A DNA stretch of 64,000 nucleotides from Sphyrna mokarran. Its lineage: Eukaryota. Position 1 is the stretch's first letter. The number at the start of each line of letters is the position of its first letter. Made by a program: the position numbers and the translations under genes. The notes under the pieces are model-generated. The model ran no database searches, was not told the DNA's origin, and saw only the letters and a program-made list of their open reading frames with translations. Shown here piece after piece: positions 49,851 to 62,457 of the stretch. The stretch covers positions 102,610,001 to 102,674,000 of the forward strand of contig JAGIQG010000001.1 in assembly GCA_024679065.1 (NCBI GenBank), given 5' to 3'.

Positions 49851-50789
49851 TTATTAGTTTACACATTTTTATTGCTGCTGTGACCTCTTCTACTGGCAGT
49901 GGAGGGCCAAGAGGGAATCATATCTCCTGTCATTAGAACAGCACCAACTACGTCTACCCAGCAGTTTTTTCTGGTGGCAAACTGAGGGGAGAGGGAAATG
50001 TAAGGCGTGACAGTAGATCCTCTCTGTAGACAGTGAAAAATCATGTTCAGCTCTGTCCTACTGCTAACATAAACTGAAAAATGTTCTCTACTGCATTGTT
50101 GGCCCATAATATAGTAAAGAAAATAAACCTCTGCAGAGATCTGTCATTGACAGAAATTTCATATAAAGCACCTTTTCAATCGTGTGTTTATGCATCCAGT
50201 GATTTACAAAGATTACTGCACAGTGTAGTGAATGTTTCTATAGGCAGATTCCCATTTGGGCTAACAGCTGACATCACGGGATTGAATAACTTAACTAGTT
50301 AATTGGAATTAACAAGTTCTTACCTGTAAAATTCTCTGAAGCGAATGCTATTTAAGCATTTATTGTACTTTCTTTTACATTACTTATAATTATAACCCAC
50401 TATGGTACCATTCCATTCCACATTCAATTGCTCCAAGCTATGTCACTTGAGACAAACAGTTTGTTACCTGAATACCCCAGTCACTTTGAAAGTTTTCCAC
50501 CAGCATTTTTAAATTTCATTCCTTTGACGTTTTTATAAAGCCTAGCTCTTGTAAGCAATTTTCCATCCATGCTGGGTATGATAGGAGATCTTGTAGCACA
50601 GTGGAAAGTGCCCTTGCTTCTGAACCCAAAGCATCAGGTTTATATCCCAAGCCAGAACTTGATAGTCAAAGGAAGTGTGTTGATAATGCAGCCAAACATG
50701 TTGACTGTCAAACTGTAAATCCTTCCAATATACATTTGGCAGCTGGTAAGAATGGGAGGGTCTCCCATTGGAACCATGGAGATGTTGTG

Positions 50790-51420
50790 ATGCTCAAAGA
50801 GGCCATTCAGCTCACCATGTCTGTGCTGGTCAGAAAGCTGCTCATTTTGATCTCATTTTCCAACATTTAGTCCATAGCCTTTTAGGTAATAGCTCTTCTG
50901 GTGCAGATCCCGGTACCTGTTAAATGATTTGAGCATTTCAGTCTCAACCATCAACTGAAGCAGTGAATTGCTGATGCCCCCCACCGACCACTCCCCTCCC
51001 CACCCCACACCTTCTAGTTGAAAACTTTTTCCCTCATGTCCCCTCTAATTCTTCTACAAATCATCTTAAACTCATGACTGCTGGCAATTGACCCTTCAGC
51101 TTGGGGGAAACAAACTTTTCCTGTCTACCCTGTCCCAGGCTCCTCATAATTTTGTATAACTCAATTAGGTCAATCCTTAACCTCCTCTGTTCTAAGGAAA
51201 ATAACCCTCATCTATCCAATCTCTCCTCATTGCTGCAAGTTTTCAGTCCTAGCGACATTCTTGTAAATCTTCTCTGTACTTTCTCCAGAGCAATTTTGTC
51301 TTCTCTGTAATGTGGCGCCCAAAACTGTACACAAAACTCCAGCTCTGTACGAACTAGTAATTTATATAGTTCCATTATTACATCCCTGCTTTTGTATTCA
51401 ATACTTCACTCAGCAAAGGA
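50790..51420 (-). mobile_element. CR1 3' part
   Basis: gaggccattcagc tail; ctcctctgttctaaggaaaa, cccaaaactgtacaca ORF2 relics. Confidence 0.85.
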
Positions 51421-51591
51421 TGTAGAGTGGCAGCCCTCAAGCTCTAACTTTTGGTAACAGGCTAGCAACCTGTTCCAGGAAAATCTCGCCAAGAAAACAG
51501 ATATAAGCATGTGCTTCATCTGCCTCATGTATAACTAGGCATGGGAGAGAATGAAAGAAGGACTATATATGATAAACTTGTTGGCTGAAAC

Positions 51592-51624
<33 letters not shown>

Positions 51625-51628
51625 TATA
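51592..51628. repeat. (TA)n microsatellite
   Basis: About 18 TA units with one G interruption. Confidence 0.95.
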
Positions 51629-51922
51629 GGGCGGCACGGTAGCACAATGTAATGAATTCTGCCCTCAGGTGACTGTCTGTATGGAGTTTGCTCAGTAAAG
51701 TCTGACAACACCAATTTTAAATCCAATCGATTTATTTGACAGTAAATCTGCGAGCTTTCGGCCTTTGTGGCCTTTGTCAGGCAAATGTATGGAGTTTGCA
51801 CATTTTCCCTGTGTCCTCCTGGAGCTCTAGTTCTCTCCCACAGTCCAAAGATGTGCGGGTTGGATTACTTGAACATGCTAAATTGCCCCTTACTGTCAAG
51901 GGTATTAGCAGGGTAAATGTAT
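51629..51922 (+). mobile_element. HE1 SINE carrying a PLE mini-insertion
   Basis: gggcggcacggtagcaca head; core split at tgtatggagtttgc. Confidence 0.85.
51692..51785 (-). mobile_element. 94-bp Penelope-derived hammerhead insertion with 14-bp TSD
   Basis: TSD tgtatggagtttgc at 51678-51691 and 51786-51799; minus strand atttgc-CTGACAA-a-GGCC-ACAAA-GGCC-GAAA-GCTC-gcagat. Confidence 0.9.
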
Positions 51923-52395
51923 GATGAAGGTTTACCAGACTGATTTTTGCAAAGGTAGGACTGATGTATGAGGAGAGATTGAGTCGGATAGGATTGTTTT
52001 TGCTAGAGCTCCGATGAATAAAGGCGATCTCTTGGAAATCTATAAAATTCTAATAGGATGAAACAGGGTAAATGCAGGAAGAAAATTCCCAATTATGGGG
52101 ACGTCCAGAACCTGGGATCAAAGTCTAAAGAAAAATGGAGTTAATTATTCAGGACTGAGATGAGGAGAAATCTCTTTATCAGAAAGTGTTAAGCTGTGGA
52201 ATTTGTTGTCATAGAAAACAGTTGAGGCCAAAACATTTAATGTTTTTAAGAATGAATTAGATAATACTCTTGGGGTGAAAGGAATCAAAGGATATGGGAG
52301 GATAGGATTGGACTATTGAATTGGATAATCAGCTATGATCGTATTGAAAGGTGGATCAGGCTTGATAGGCCTACCCCATGCCTATTTTCTATGTT
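51923..52395 (+). mobile_element. CR1 3' fragment
   Basis: aggactgagatgaggagaaat, gataatcagctatgatcgtattgaa tail. Confidence 0.82.
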
Positions 52396-53109
52396 TCGAA
52401 TGTTACCCAGGTATATGTAGAAAGTCATATTTTAGTCTTATATGCACCCTCTCTAAAGAATTCATGTTCTTCCTAAAATGTACAGATAGATTTCCTCATC
52501 TCACCTGCAAGGAACATTGTTGGGGATGAGACAGGAATGTTTAGAGAGCATTTGACTTTAAAAGGCTTTCCCATCCCATCCATGACAATGTCCATTGGTG
52601 TCGAGGCTGGAAAATCCCATCCACTATGTCCCGAATTGGATATAGTAGTTCAGCTGAGGCCCACCTAATGATCATAAAGGTTTAGCATAACTTCTTTGCT
52701 TATAGAAATTAAAAGTGGAGTAACTATTTCACTTTATACTCGTCAGTTTGGAAGTTCTGCTAATTTCCTGTATCTGCAGAAAGACTCACCAACTCAACAG
52801 ACACAAGTTGATCTCTCTGAAACTGGCAGCTATTTCATTTCACTGGTCTCAGCTCTTTCCGGGATCTCTTGGCTCATTTTCTAAGAGATGGAATTTCTGC
52901 CCACTCAGTACAAGGTAAGTATCATTGTCAGGGAATGGAAGATGGTTGAGGAATCTCTATGTTGATATTGGATCCTACGGCCTGTTTGCATTGAAATGAG
53001 GTGTCAGTTTTGAGTCATTAATACCAGTTTAGATGAAAAATGTTTTTTATTATGTGTTGGATGAGGTAAAGGAGGAACTGAAACTGTTCACCAGGTCTCC
53101 ACCTAGACC

Positions 53110-54250
53110 CACCATAACAGATACTTACATTTAGCCAATTTGATTCACTCCAAATGATATCAAGAAATGGCTGAACAGGGAGGCTATGAGCCCTTATGCC
53201 ATCCTGACTGTACTAATGAACATGTCATTCCAGATCTAACTGCAACTCCAGCCAAGCTATTCCAGTACAGCTGCAATACTGGCATTTACCAGACAATGTG
53301 AAAAATTGCCCGCATATTACTGTCCGTAGAAAGGACAAATTCAATCTGACCGATTCCTATTCATTCTTGAGACAAGGACATTGCTGGCTGGCCAGCATTT
53401 ATTGCCTATCCCAGTTGCCCAAAGGCAATTGAGAGTCAACCACATTGCTGTGGCTTTGAAGTCACATGTAGGCCAGACCACATAAGGGCAAATTTCCTTC
53501 CCAGTGAACCAGGTGAATTTTTCCTGAAAATCGACAATGGTTTCATGATCATCAGTGGATTCTTAATTGCAGACACTTTTCATTGAATTCAAAGTTAACC
53601 ATCTGCCATTGCGGACTTCGAACATTGGTTTCAGAGCATTAGCTGAGTTTCTGGATTAATAATCCAGTGATATTACCACATGGCCACCACTTCTCCTCCT
53701 GCTCATAAGTCTATTCTCTATCTTTAGCAAAGTGATGGAAGGCATCACTGACAGCGCTCTCAAATGATATTTAACCTCTAAAACCGCCCATGCTACATGG
53801 GGTTCTGTAAAGACCAATTGGCTCCATACCTCAGCCTGCATGTGAAGTCGAACACACATGAAAGGCTTGAATTCCACAGATGTGAGAGTTACTACTCTTG
53901 ATGTCAAAATGGCATTTGACAGAGTGTGGCATCAAGAAACCCCGGTGAAGCTGAAGTAATTGGGAAGTGGGGGAAAACTCTCTCTTGGTTGAAGTCATGC
54001 CTGCAATAAAAGAAGATGATCATGGCTCTTGGAAGCCAATTATCCCAGCCGCAGGAGTTGCTCAGGGTAGTGCCGTAGGACCAACCATCTCAGCTACTTC
54101 ATCAATGACCTTCCTTCCATCTTAAGCTCAACAGTGGAGATTTTTCTGAATGACTTCTCCTCAGAAAAAGAAGAAATAATTTCCCACATGCAACAATATT
54201 CCGGCCGGGGCTGATAAGCTGGAAGTTACATTTATGCCACAGCCTGGGCA
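53110..54250 (+). mobile_element. LINE RT fragment interrupted by a minus-strand SINE (53367-53690)
   Basis: LDVKMAFDRVWHQ, GVAQGSAVGPT, FINDLPS motifs; SINE tail ggccagcatttattgcc. Confidence 0.8.
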
Positions 54251-54844
54251 TTGTATTTCATCATTTGTAGAAGTAAAGCATAAAATATTATTTCTGACCC
54301 TTTGTTTTTCAATTTCTTAGTTAGCTGACTGATAGAATGAATCTAAACGTTCTGTGTGGAATATCTACAACCCTCACTGTCATAAACATTGAATAGCCCA
54401 GAGCAAAAATATGATTTTAGAATTCAAATATTAAGTGAGCAGCTCATAATTTCCATTTTTAATACCAGATGAAAGAGTTATTTTGTGACGGGGCATCAAA
54501 GCATTCCCGATACAACGCAGGACGTCACAGAGTGGTAAGCTGTCGCTTTTAACTTGAGATTCTCAGCAGTGGAACGAAAATATTTTCAGCTTCCTAGGAG
54601 TGGGTTAGGTCCACCTTCCTGCCAGATTCAGCCAGCCATGCTATTTGCAGAGTGGAGAATTCACAGCAAGAGAAAAGAAACCATTGAAAAGGTCTGTGAC
54701 AATTTTAGGGCAGTCTCATTCCTGTGTATTCAAATACAGCTAATCCAGCTCCAAAAAAAATAACTTTTCTTCCCCAACATTAACTCTGACACCAGCCCCA
54801 CCCCTGAACCTCCCAATCTCCCAACCTCCACAACCTAAAGATCA

Positions 54845-54965
54845 GCAGGATTTTATGGCTGCACTCGCCCCAAAATTGGAAAATCCCACCCAAAGTCAAC
54901 AGATCTTTGCATGGTCCGCCTCAGCCCACTATGATTCCTGTGACAGATGGGATGAGAAATTTCCC
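54845..54965. mobile_element. Short MITE (Harbinger-like); related copy at 62677-62778
   Basis: Shared gcact.g..ccaaaa..ggaaaatc..accc.a.gtcaac and ggattt/aaattt-type ends. Confidence 0.6.
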
Positions 54966-55039
54966 CCCCCCCCCCACCCCCAACCCCCTGTCTCTTCTTC
55001 CTATCCATACACAGCTCCTCAGTGTATTTTTCATAAGCA

Positions 55040-55510
55040 CTGGGCTGACCGTTAGTACATGCTGATAGTACCCAAATGTAATTCCCCGCTACCTTCTCAA
55101 TACCATTCTTCTGTTGCCTGTCTGACTCCAATACATCCCCCTTTCCTCCTGGCCATCACCTTGAACCTATGTACCCTTGTGACTGGCCTTTCAAAGAAGA
55201 GGAACAGCACCTTATCCATTCTATCCATGCCCTTCAATCTTGTACACCTCAATCAGGTCACCTCAGGTCATTCCTCACATTACCCCTTCAGTGCAATGAC
55301 ATCCTTCCTTAATGTGGTGGCCAGAACTGCACACAATACTCCAGCTATGATTTCATTCACATTCCATGTAACTCCATCATGACTTCTCTCCTTTTGTGAT
55401 TTATGCCTCAATTGATAAAGGCAAGTATTTCAAATGGCTTTTTCACCACCCGATTAACATGCCTGTCCATCTTTAAATGAACAAACACGCCAAGATCTCT
55501 TTGTTCCACA
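55040..55510 (-). mobile_element. CR1 fragments
   Basis: cttgtacacctcaatcaggtca, gccagaactgcacacaatactccagc. Confidence 0.75.
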
Positions 55511-55514
55511 GCAG

Positions 55515-55985
55515 AAGAGACATTAGGAAGTTCTATGGACCAAAGGGAAGTCTGCCCAGAGCTATCAGAGGCTCTCAACAGAGTGGCACGAGAGACAGAG
55601 AAGTGTGTCTGTGTGCTGTCTGATGTTGTGGCTCTGGCTTACGAGGGCATGGAAGCCTCTGTAGAGAGGGTGATGGACACCATGGAATCCATGTCTATCG
55701 GGTTCTGTCAGGTATGTGCTCAGACCCACATCCATCACTCTAGCGAGGGTGCATTTCAGCAGCAACTAGACAAGAGGAGAATGGGACATCTTCACTTCCC
55801 ACCAAGTGCATCTTTTCCTCAACAAATCAAAGAGGGCCCCTCAGGCATTCAAAGGAAGGAGGAGTGCTAGGTGAACACTTAGGGGCATTCACCCAGGATA
55901 CTCCAAGAGTGTCCAAGCATTCTCAACCCCCTCTGCATGTGTGACACTCTCAGCTCCAATTGTTGAGCGTATGGAAGATGTGTAC
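55515..55985 (+). mobile_element. Harbinger accessory-gene C-terminal remnant
   Basis: Helical ORF 55535-55870 (ELSEALNRVA..MEASVERVMDTMES) comparable to the 12900-13000 segment. Confidence 0.45.
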
Positions 55986-56494
55986 TCTGGCATTTGTAAA
56001 AGTCTTTTATTATAATCTTTTTCAATTCTGAACTTCTTTTGTTAGCCATAGTTAGCTGACATTTTTTTGTGTTTTTTGTGCCTTGAAAGAATGTGTAGTT
56101 GCTGCAAAATATGTAATAATTCTTTAAAGCCTGTCTATTGCCTATGTACTATCATACATTCTAATGTATTTTCCCAATCCACCTCCGCCTATTATTCTTC
56201 ATATCTTCATACTTTGCTGCAATTAAATTGAATACCCTTGACCTCAGGTTTTTTTTTAGAACAGAATCCCTATTGCTAATGATCCCTTGTTTTGGTATTA
56301 ACAAAAAGTACTATGTTTATTTGTGTAATCAGGAGTTGTTTGTAATAGTACAATAGAATTCTGTTGCAGTGAATGCTGCTGGCACCGTTTGATAAACAGC
56401 AACTCACTCACTCCCAGCAACTTGGCTGTGAACTGCAGAAGAGCTCATTTTTACAAATCAAATCTTCTGCATCTTCATACTGAATAATTGGGAA

Positions 56495-56872
56495 GTGATT
56501 TGATTTGATTTGATTTATTATTGTCACACGTATCAGTATACAGTGAAAAGTATTGTTTCTTGGGCACTATAGAGACAAAGCATACTATTCATAGAGTACA
56601 GGGGGAGAAGGAAAGGATAGGATGCAGAATATAATGTTGCAGTCACAGCTAGCTGGGGTATAGAGAAAGATCAGCTTAATATACGATAGGTCCATTGAAA
56701 AGTCTGATGGCAGCAGCTGTTCTTGAGTCAGATGGTATGTGATCTTAGACTTTTATATCTAGAAGAAGAAAAAGGTGCAAGAGTGAATGTCCAGGACATA
56801 GGAGCCTTAATTATCATGGCTGCTTTTCTGACCCAGCGAGAAGTGCAGATGAACTCAATGGATGGGAGGCTA
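56495..56872 (-). mobile_element. Rex1/Babar-like LINE 3' end
   Basis: SRWVRKAAMIIK..RYKSLRSHT; 3' end ttttcactgtata..tgtgacaataataaa(tcaaa)n. Confidence 0.8.
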
Positions 56873-57624
56873 AAAGTCATTCCTACTTTCAGATGAGTGT
56901 TTATGGTATATGAGCTTCCCGGGCCAGCGCACATATGGCAAGCTGTCATGTAGTGCAATGGGAAGTTATGATACACTTCATGTTGAGGCAGTGCTAAGAA
57001 GCTGAATGTGAAATCTTACCAGGGTCAAAGGATCATAGAAAGGAGCAGAATCTTATCTCCAATAGTTATTTACTGCAGCATAAACACATTCTTCTTTTAC
57101 TTACTAATTCTACATGTACAAACACTCTCAGCTATGATCTTCTGATCTTTGGATGTAAGTAGGACCATAAATATCTTGACTGATTGAGTAGAAAATTTAT
57201 ACATTTTATAAGAAAAAAATAAGATCAAATGAAGATGCCCTTTTCTGTCACTTCCAATATAAATGGACGAAGATCACAAATTTTAATATCCATTTAAATA
57301 TATTCCCTGCTCTGTGCAGTAAAGTATTTTTATTGATGAAATAGTGATAGCAGAATGGCTTGAATGAGAAAAAACCTCTTCATCTGAATTAGTTTATTAT
57401 CTCATTCTACCAGAGCTGGTATAGTCCTATGAATGTAGTTTGAGCAAATTGAATTCTGCAGAAAAATATTTCTTTTTATAGGACTTAGCTATCTGCTTAC
57501 TTCAGCTTAATTCAATACCTCTGAAAATTAAAGCTGTATTGCCATGCTTTTCTGATGTGCAAGGGGGGAGCCATGGCTATTGGACCAGAAGTCATGACTG
57601 AACTTTAGCTCAGACACCCTTTAT

Positions 57625-58212
57625 TTGCCACCTTATACCCTTACCCACAAAACTGCCACCATTAACCCTCACCCACTTACCTACCATCTTACACTCTCAT
57701 CCATTTATCCACCACCTAAACTCTCACCTATTCACCTGCCACCCTAAATCCTCACCCACTTACCTACCACTCTAAACTTTCACCCACTTACCTTCCACTC
57801 TAAACTTTCACCCACTTACCTTCCACTCTAAACTTTCACCCACTTACCTTCCACTCTAAACTTTCACCCACTTACCTTCCACTCTAAACTTTCACCCACT
57901 TACCTTCCACTCTAAACTTTCACCCACTTACCTTCCACTCTAAGCCCTCATCCACATACCTGCCACCCTAGACTCTCATCCGCTTATCTGTCACACTTAA
58001 CCCTCACCCACTTACTCACCACCCTAAACCTTCACCTATTCACCTGCCATCATAAACCCTAACCTACTTACCTGCCACATTATACCCTCACCCACTTACT
58101 TACCATCCTATATCCTTACCCACTTACCTGCCAACCTGGACTCTCACCACTTACCTGCCATCCTAAACTTTCACCCACTTACCTGCCATCCTATGCCTCA
58201 CCTACTTACCAG
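57625..58212. repeat. 28-bp minisatellite
   Basis: Unit cacccacttaccttccactctaaacttt, five perfect copies 57781-57920, degenerate flanking units. Confidence 0.95.
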
Positions 58213-58912
58213 CTGTCCTACCTTTCTCTCTTTAGCTTTTCAAAGAAGCTGTGGGATCTTTTTAACTCTCTACTAACTGGAAAAAAGCAATCAGTGTTGT
58301 AAAAAGAGGATGTGGCTTCTGCAATGATTGCCTCCACTACAAGGACTGGTACACTGTGTGAGTTTGGAAGATGGACTTGAAATGGTATGACCTGGGTTGG
58401 AAACAAACATTCCAACTCAGATTGGAAGTTCTGGATAATTATTTTCAAATGTTTAACAACAATTTACTTCGTGCAGGAATGAAGCTCTTTTTCCTTCAGT
58501 GTCTCCCATTTTTCTCGGAAGCACTATATTGCAGTTTCTCCATCGCCATCTGCCAGTTACCTATTTTTTTATGGTCCCACTGAGTTTAACCATACAATAC
58601 TTCTCGGGTGGTTCTCTTCTGCTTAGGATTGATGGAAATACGTTCACTTTTTTACACTATTAACTATATGATCTTAGCCAGACCGACTCTACTCAGACCT
58701 TCCTCAGCTTCATGCTTTCCTTGACAACGCGACCTACATACAGGAGATTGACTTCCACTTGTGTACTAATGATACTTTTCAAACTCTAATCTCTATCATC
58801 CACTGCTCTGTGCTGTCAGACTGCTTGCCCAACATGCAAACTTGAAAAAGTTGCATTTATTTTCCAAATACTAGGAACCCAGACAGAAAAACAACAATTA
58901 GGATCAGTCTTA

Positions 58913-59198
58913 GGGCGGCACGGTAGCACAGTGGTTAGCACTGCTGTTTCACAGTGTCAGGGACCCAGGTTCGATTCTCGGCTTGGGTCACTATCTGTGT
59001 GGAGTTTCCTCCACTGTTCAAAGATGTGCAGGTTAGCTTGATTGGCCATGCTAAAATTGCCCCTTAGTGTCCTGAGATGCATAGGTTAGAGCGATTGGTG
59101 GGTAAAATATGTAGGGATATGGGGAAAGACTTGGATGGGATTATGGTCAGTGCAGACCCGATGGGCCAAATGTAGGGTTTCTATGATGATTTCTATGA
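58913..59198 (+). mobile_element. HE1 SINE
   Basis: gggcggcacggtagcacagtggttagcactgctg head, B-box ggttcgatt, tail gatgggccaaatg..ttctatga. Confidence 0.92.
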
Positions 59199-60501
59199 AG
59201 TGTGACAAGCAGAACCAGCTGGAGTAATTCAGGAGCTCAGAGCTCTCAGATCACTTGAGGAGAGAGTCCTTGAGCTGGCATGGAGGAGGAAGAGCTTGCC
59301 TGAACTGATAGTGAGATGGAGGCAGCAAGGACAAACATAAGAATTCTCAAGACACACCTTGGTGGGATCACTAGTAGACAGGCTTCACAGTCACTCGCTG
59401 GCCAGCATCTCACACCGGAATATCCACAGCAGACAGAGGCACGGCTGTTTCAGCGAATCAGCACTCACAGGGATGCTAGAACCCAGGACAATGTTGAACT
59501 CCTGGACAATAACATGCCCCTGGGTCCAACAGTCAGAGAGAGTACTTTTAATGAGACTCTAATACATTCAAATTAGGTTCCCGTCTCTCCCAGCGTGTTC
59601 CACAAAATCACTCCACTGACAAAGTTAGCTCAAAATTGGAAAACATAATCTAGCCACAAAATTCATGTTTTTTTTCAAACTTTCCAATTTTGAGTTCACG
59701 TCACCATTCCCGCACGTGGAGCATCTGAGATCAAGATTCTGTGTTATATTTTTGGCTTTATATAAATCAACATTTTTTTGTACATTTACTTTACTCATTT
59801 AAATTTATGGTCCATTGTCCTTTTCTCAATGGTTTAATTTGAAATTATAATCCAGATTACCTTTTCAATGTTATTTATTATTTCATATACTTTAATTCCT
59901 TTCAATACTGACCAGCCTTTCTTGTACCTAAATCCTTCAAATAAGGGATTAGTCTTAGGCCTCTTCCTTGACCCACTTCCAAAGCTTGAATATTTCCCCT
60001 GTGGTTTGATGACCAGGACTGGATACGGGATTCATGGTATCATGACTAGCACTTTGTGACTTATACCCTACTCTTTTGGTGATTATTGTTGGACATGCTG
60101 AACACCCAGTCTGAAACCTTTAGCTCTTTCTAAGTTTAACCATTGTTATTTTAATAATATTGTGCTGCCCATTCTTTCTTCCTATATAACACTGCTTAGA
60201 TCAATATCATCCATGAGTTTCACCTGTTTGAACTACAAGTTATTAATTTACGCTCGAGAAAATGGAAAATGGGAAGAGAAGGACAAATTCTGTTTACAGA
60301 TGCAACTACTTTGATGAACAATACTTATTCATTTATTTCCTTGGATCAAATGTCTCTCTTTCCCAGCCATTTCTTCTAAATGGTTTCTCTCCTCCATTCC
60401 TGAGTCCATTCATTGATGAGGAATTGGGCACCAGAACTTCACCCAAATGAGAACTCTATATGTGAAAGTCAGACAAGATATATGTTGTGCTGACATATGC
60501 T

Positions 60502-60772
60502 GGGGTGCCACGGTAGCACGGTGGTTAGGACCCAGGTTCAACAGAGTCACTGTCTGTGTGGAGTTTGCACATTCTCCCCATGTCTGTGTGGATTTCTTCC
60601 TGTCTTTGGGTTCCAAAGATGAGTAGTTAAGTTGATTGGCCATGGCAAATTGCTCCATAACGTTACGGGGATTAGCAGAGTAAATAAATAGTTAAGGGAA
60701 TATGGCCTGGGTGAGAGTGAGTATAGAGTCGATGGGTCAAATGGCCTCCTTCTCTGCTGTAGGAATTCTATA
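60502..60772 (+). mobile_element. HE1 SINE
   Basis: cacggtagcacggtggttag head, core, aaatggcctccttct tail. Confidence 0.88.
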
Positions 60773-61525
60773 TGGTGAAAATGTTAGGAAATTAGTGTAA
60801 TGAGGCAATTGGTGCCTCTTTGTTTCCCCTCGCCTCACCCCCACAACTCCCATGATTGTCACCATTGCTGGTGATAGCATTTCTCTACCAATTGTTCAGT
60901 GTCTCATCCCATTTCAACCCTAACTAATACTGGCACACGCAAGAATGACAGGCAGAACATATCATCAAGTCCAGTCTGGTGGGTATAGTGGTAAAGCACA
61001 GAAGACTGTTTTCTGCCTAATTTCTCTCTCTGTAACTTAACTATCAATGCCTCTAGTTATGTAGCAGCAACACCCACTGCAGCATCATTGGAGTTTCTGC
61101 AGCACTGCCCAGCTCCCTCTAGGTGGCAGAGATCCCAATGAACTTTGAACCAGAAAAGTTAATCAGGTTGCAGCAGTAAGATCCTGCTCTATTGCAAAAT
61201 CTGGGCCACAAAGATAGTGTTAACAGCCACTTGTCAATGATGGCCATTACAAAGAAGTACAATTCTATCTTTGTCAAAGGTCCACCCATTACAACAGGGT
61301 TCACTGGATAATGGTAAGCAGTGGGAATCCATATTAAGATTGATTTTGACTGAGAGGTTTTCAGACAAAACTAACTCATTGAGTGTTAGCATCAAGGTCA
61401 GCTGGAAAGTCCCCAGAAGACATTGTATCATGTCAGCAAAAATAAGATTGTTCTTTAAAAAGGGAAGGCAAACAATGTAATGGTTGCAAGACAGGGTGAG
61501 AAAGGGAAGGAACAAGAGAACAGTT

Positions 61526-62070
61526 ATTGTGTACATGGTGCAGACGGAGCACAATGCTGTGTACACTGTGCAGACAGAGCATACTGCTGTGGACACTGTG
61601 CAGACAGGGGATAGTATTCTTGTGTACACTGTGCAGTCAGGGCACAGTGTTGTATATATTGTACAGAAAGAGCACAGTGTTGTGTACACTGTACAGACAG
61701 AGCACACTGTTGTGTACTTCGTGCAGACAGAGCATAGTTGTTGTGTACACTGTGCAGAGTACAACATTGCTGTGTACACTGTGCAGACAGAGCACACTGT
61801 TGTTGTGTACTTTGTGCAGATAGACCACAATGCTGTTGTGTACTTTGTGCAATCTGTAAACTGTCTGTGCTGATATGTGTGCTTTTGGAGACCAGAACAC
61901 CTCATTTGCCTGACGAAGGCACAAACGCCGAAAGCTAGCCGATTTACTATCAAATAAATTGGTGTTGCCAGACTCTTACTGAGTTTACCCCAGTCCAACG
62001 CTGGCATCTCTACATCATGTGTACTTTGTGCAGACAGAGCACATTGTTGTCGTGTACACTGTGCAGACAG
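61526..62070. repeat. 30-33-bp minisatellite
   Basis: Unit approximately tgtgtacactgtgcagacagagcacactgt, about 12 copies, interrupted at 61852-62017. Confidence 0.93.
61852..62017 (+). mobile_element. Penelope-derived short insertion with hammerhead and 15-bp flanking repeat
   Basis: tgtgtactttgtgca at 61837-61851 and 62018-62032; CTGACGA 61910-61916, GGC-ACAAAC-GCC, GAAA 61930-61933; tail ccccagtccaacgctggcatctctacatca. Confidence 0.9.
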
Positions 62071-62149
62071 CAAATAGAATTGATTTGTCATAATCCCAGA
62101 TGTTCTCCAGAGGTTATTGATTAGGGTGAGACAATTCAATTTGTCATGT

Positions 62150-62457
62150 CAGGCTGGGATACCTCCACAATGGTTTAGAAAGCCTAACTCTTGGATCACA
62201 GTCTGGATGGAGTTTGCACACACACCCCGCATTTGTGTGTGTTTCCTTCAGATGCTTCAGTTTTCTCCCACAGAACCAAAGTTGTACAGATTAGGTTGAT
62301 TGGCCACGCTAAATTGTCCCTTAGTGTCCCAAGTTATCGATTAGGTGAATTAGTGGGGTAAACATGTGTGGTTAAAGGGATAAAGCTTGATAAGATGCTC
62401 TGTTGCAGAATGGGTACAGATTCCTTCTGTATTGTTGGGATTCCATGATTCTATGGA
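62150..62457 (+). mobile_element. HE1 SINE, decayed
   Basis: ggagtttgcaca core, gattggccacgctaaattgtcccttagtgt, gattctatg tail. Confidence 0.8.

Noticed and set aside
52780-52914. 135-nt exon-shaped segment with perfect aag|gtaagt donor
   Set aside because: The single open frame is unrecognisable; such sites are expected by chance in 64 kb
57625-58212. CRISPR-like periodicity (also 61526-62070)
   Set aside because: Head-to-tail units without unique spacers, no cas genes, vertebrate context
59316-59576. ORF faintly like an RTE ORF2 segment
   Set aside because: Too degenerate to call by eye
60975-61010. tRNA-like A-box (ggtatagtggtaaagca)
   Set aside because: No B-box or cloverleaf; at most a SINE head relic
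61234-62139. Longest ORF (301 aa, Cys/Thr-rich)
   Set aside because: Open only because the minisatellite unit is a multiple of 3; it also crosses a PLE insertion
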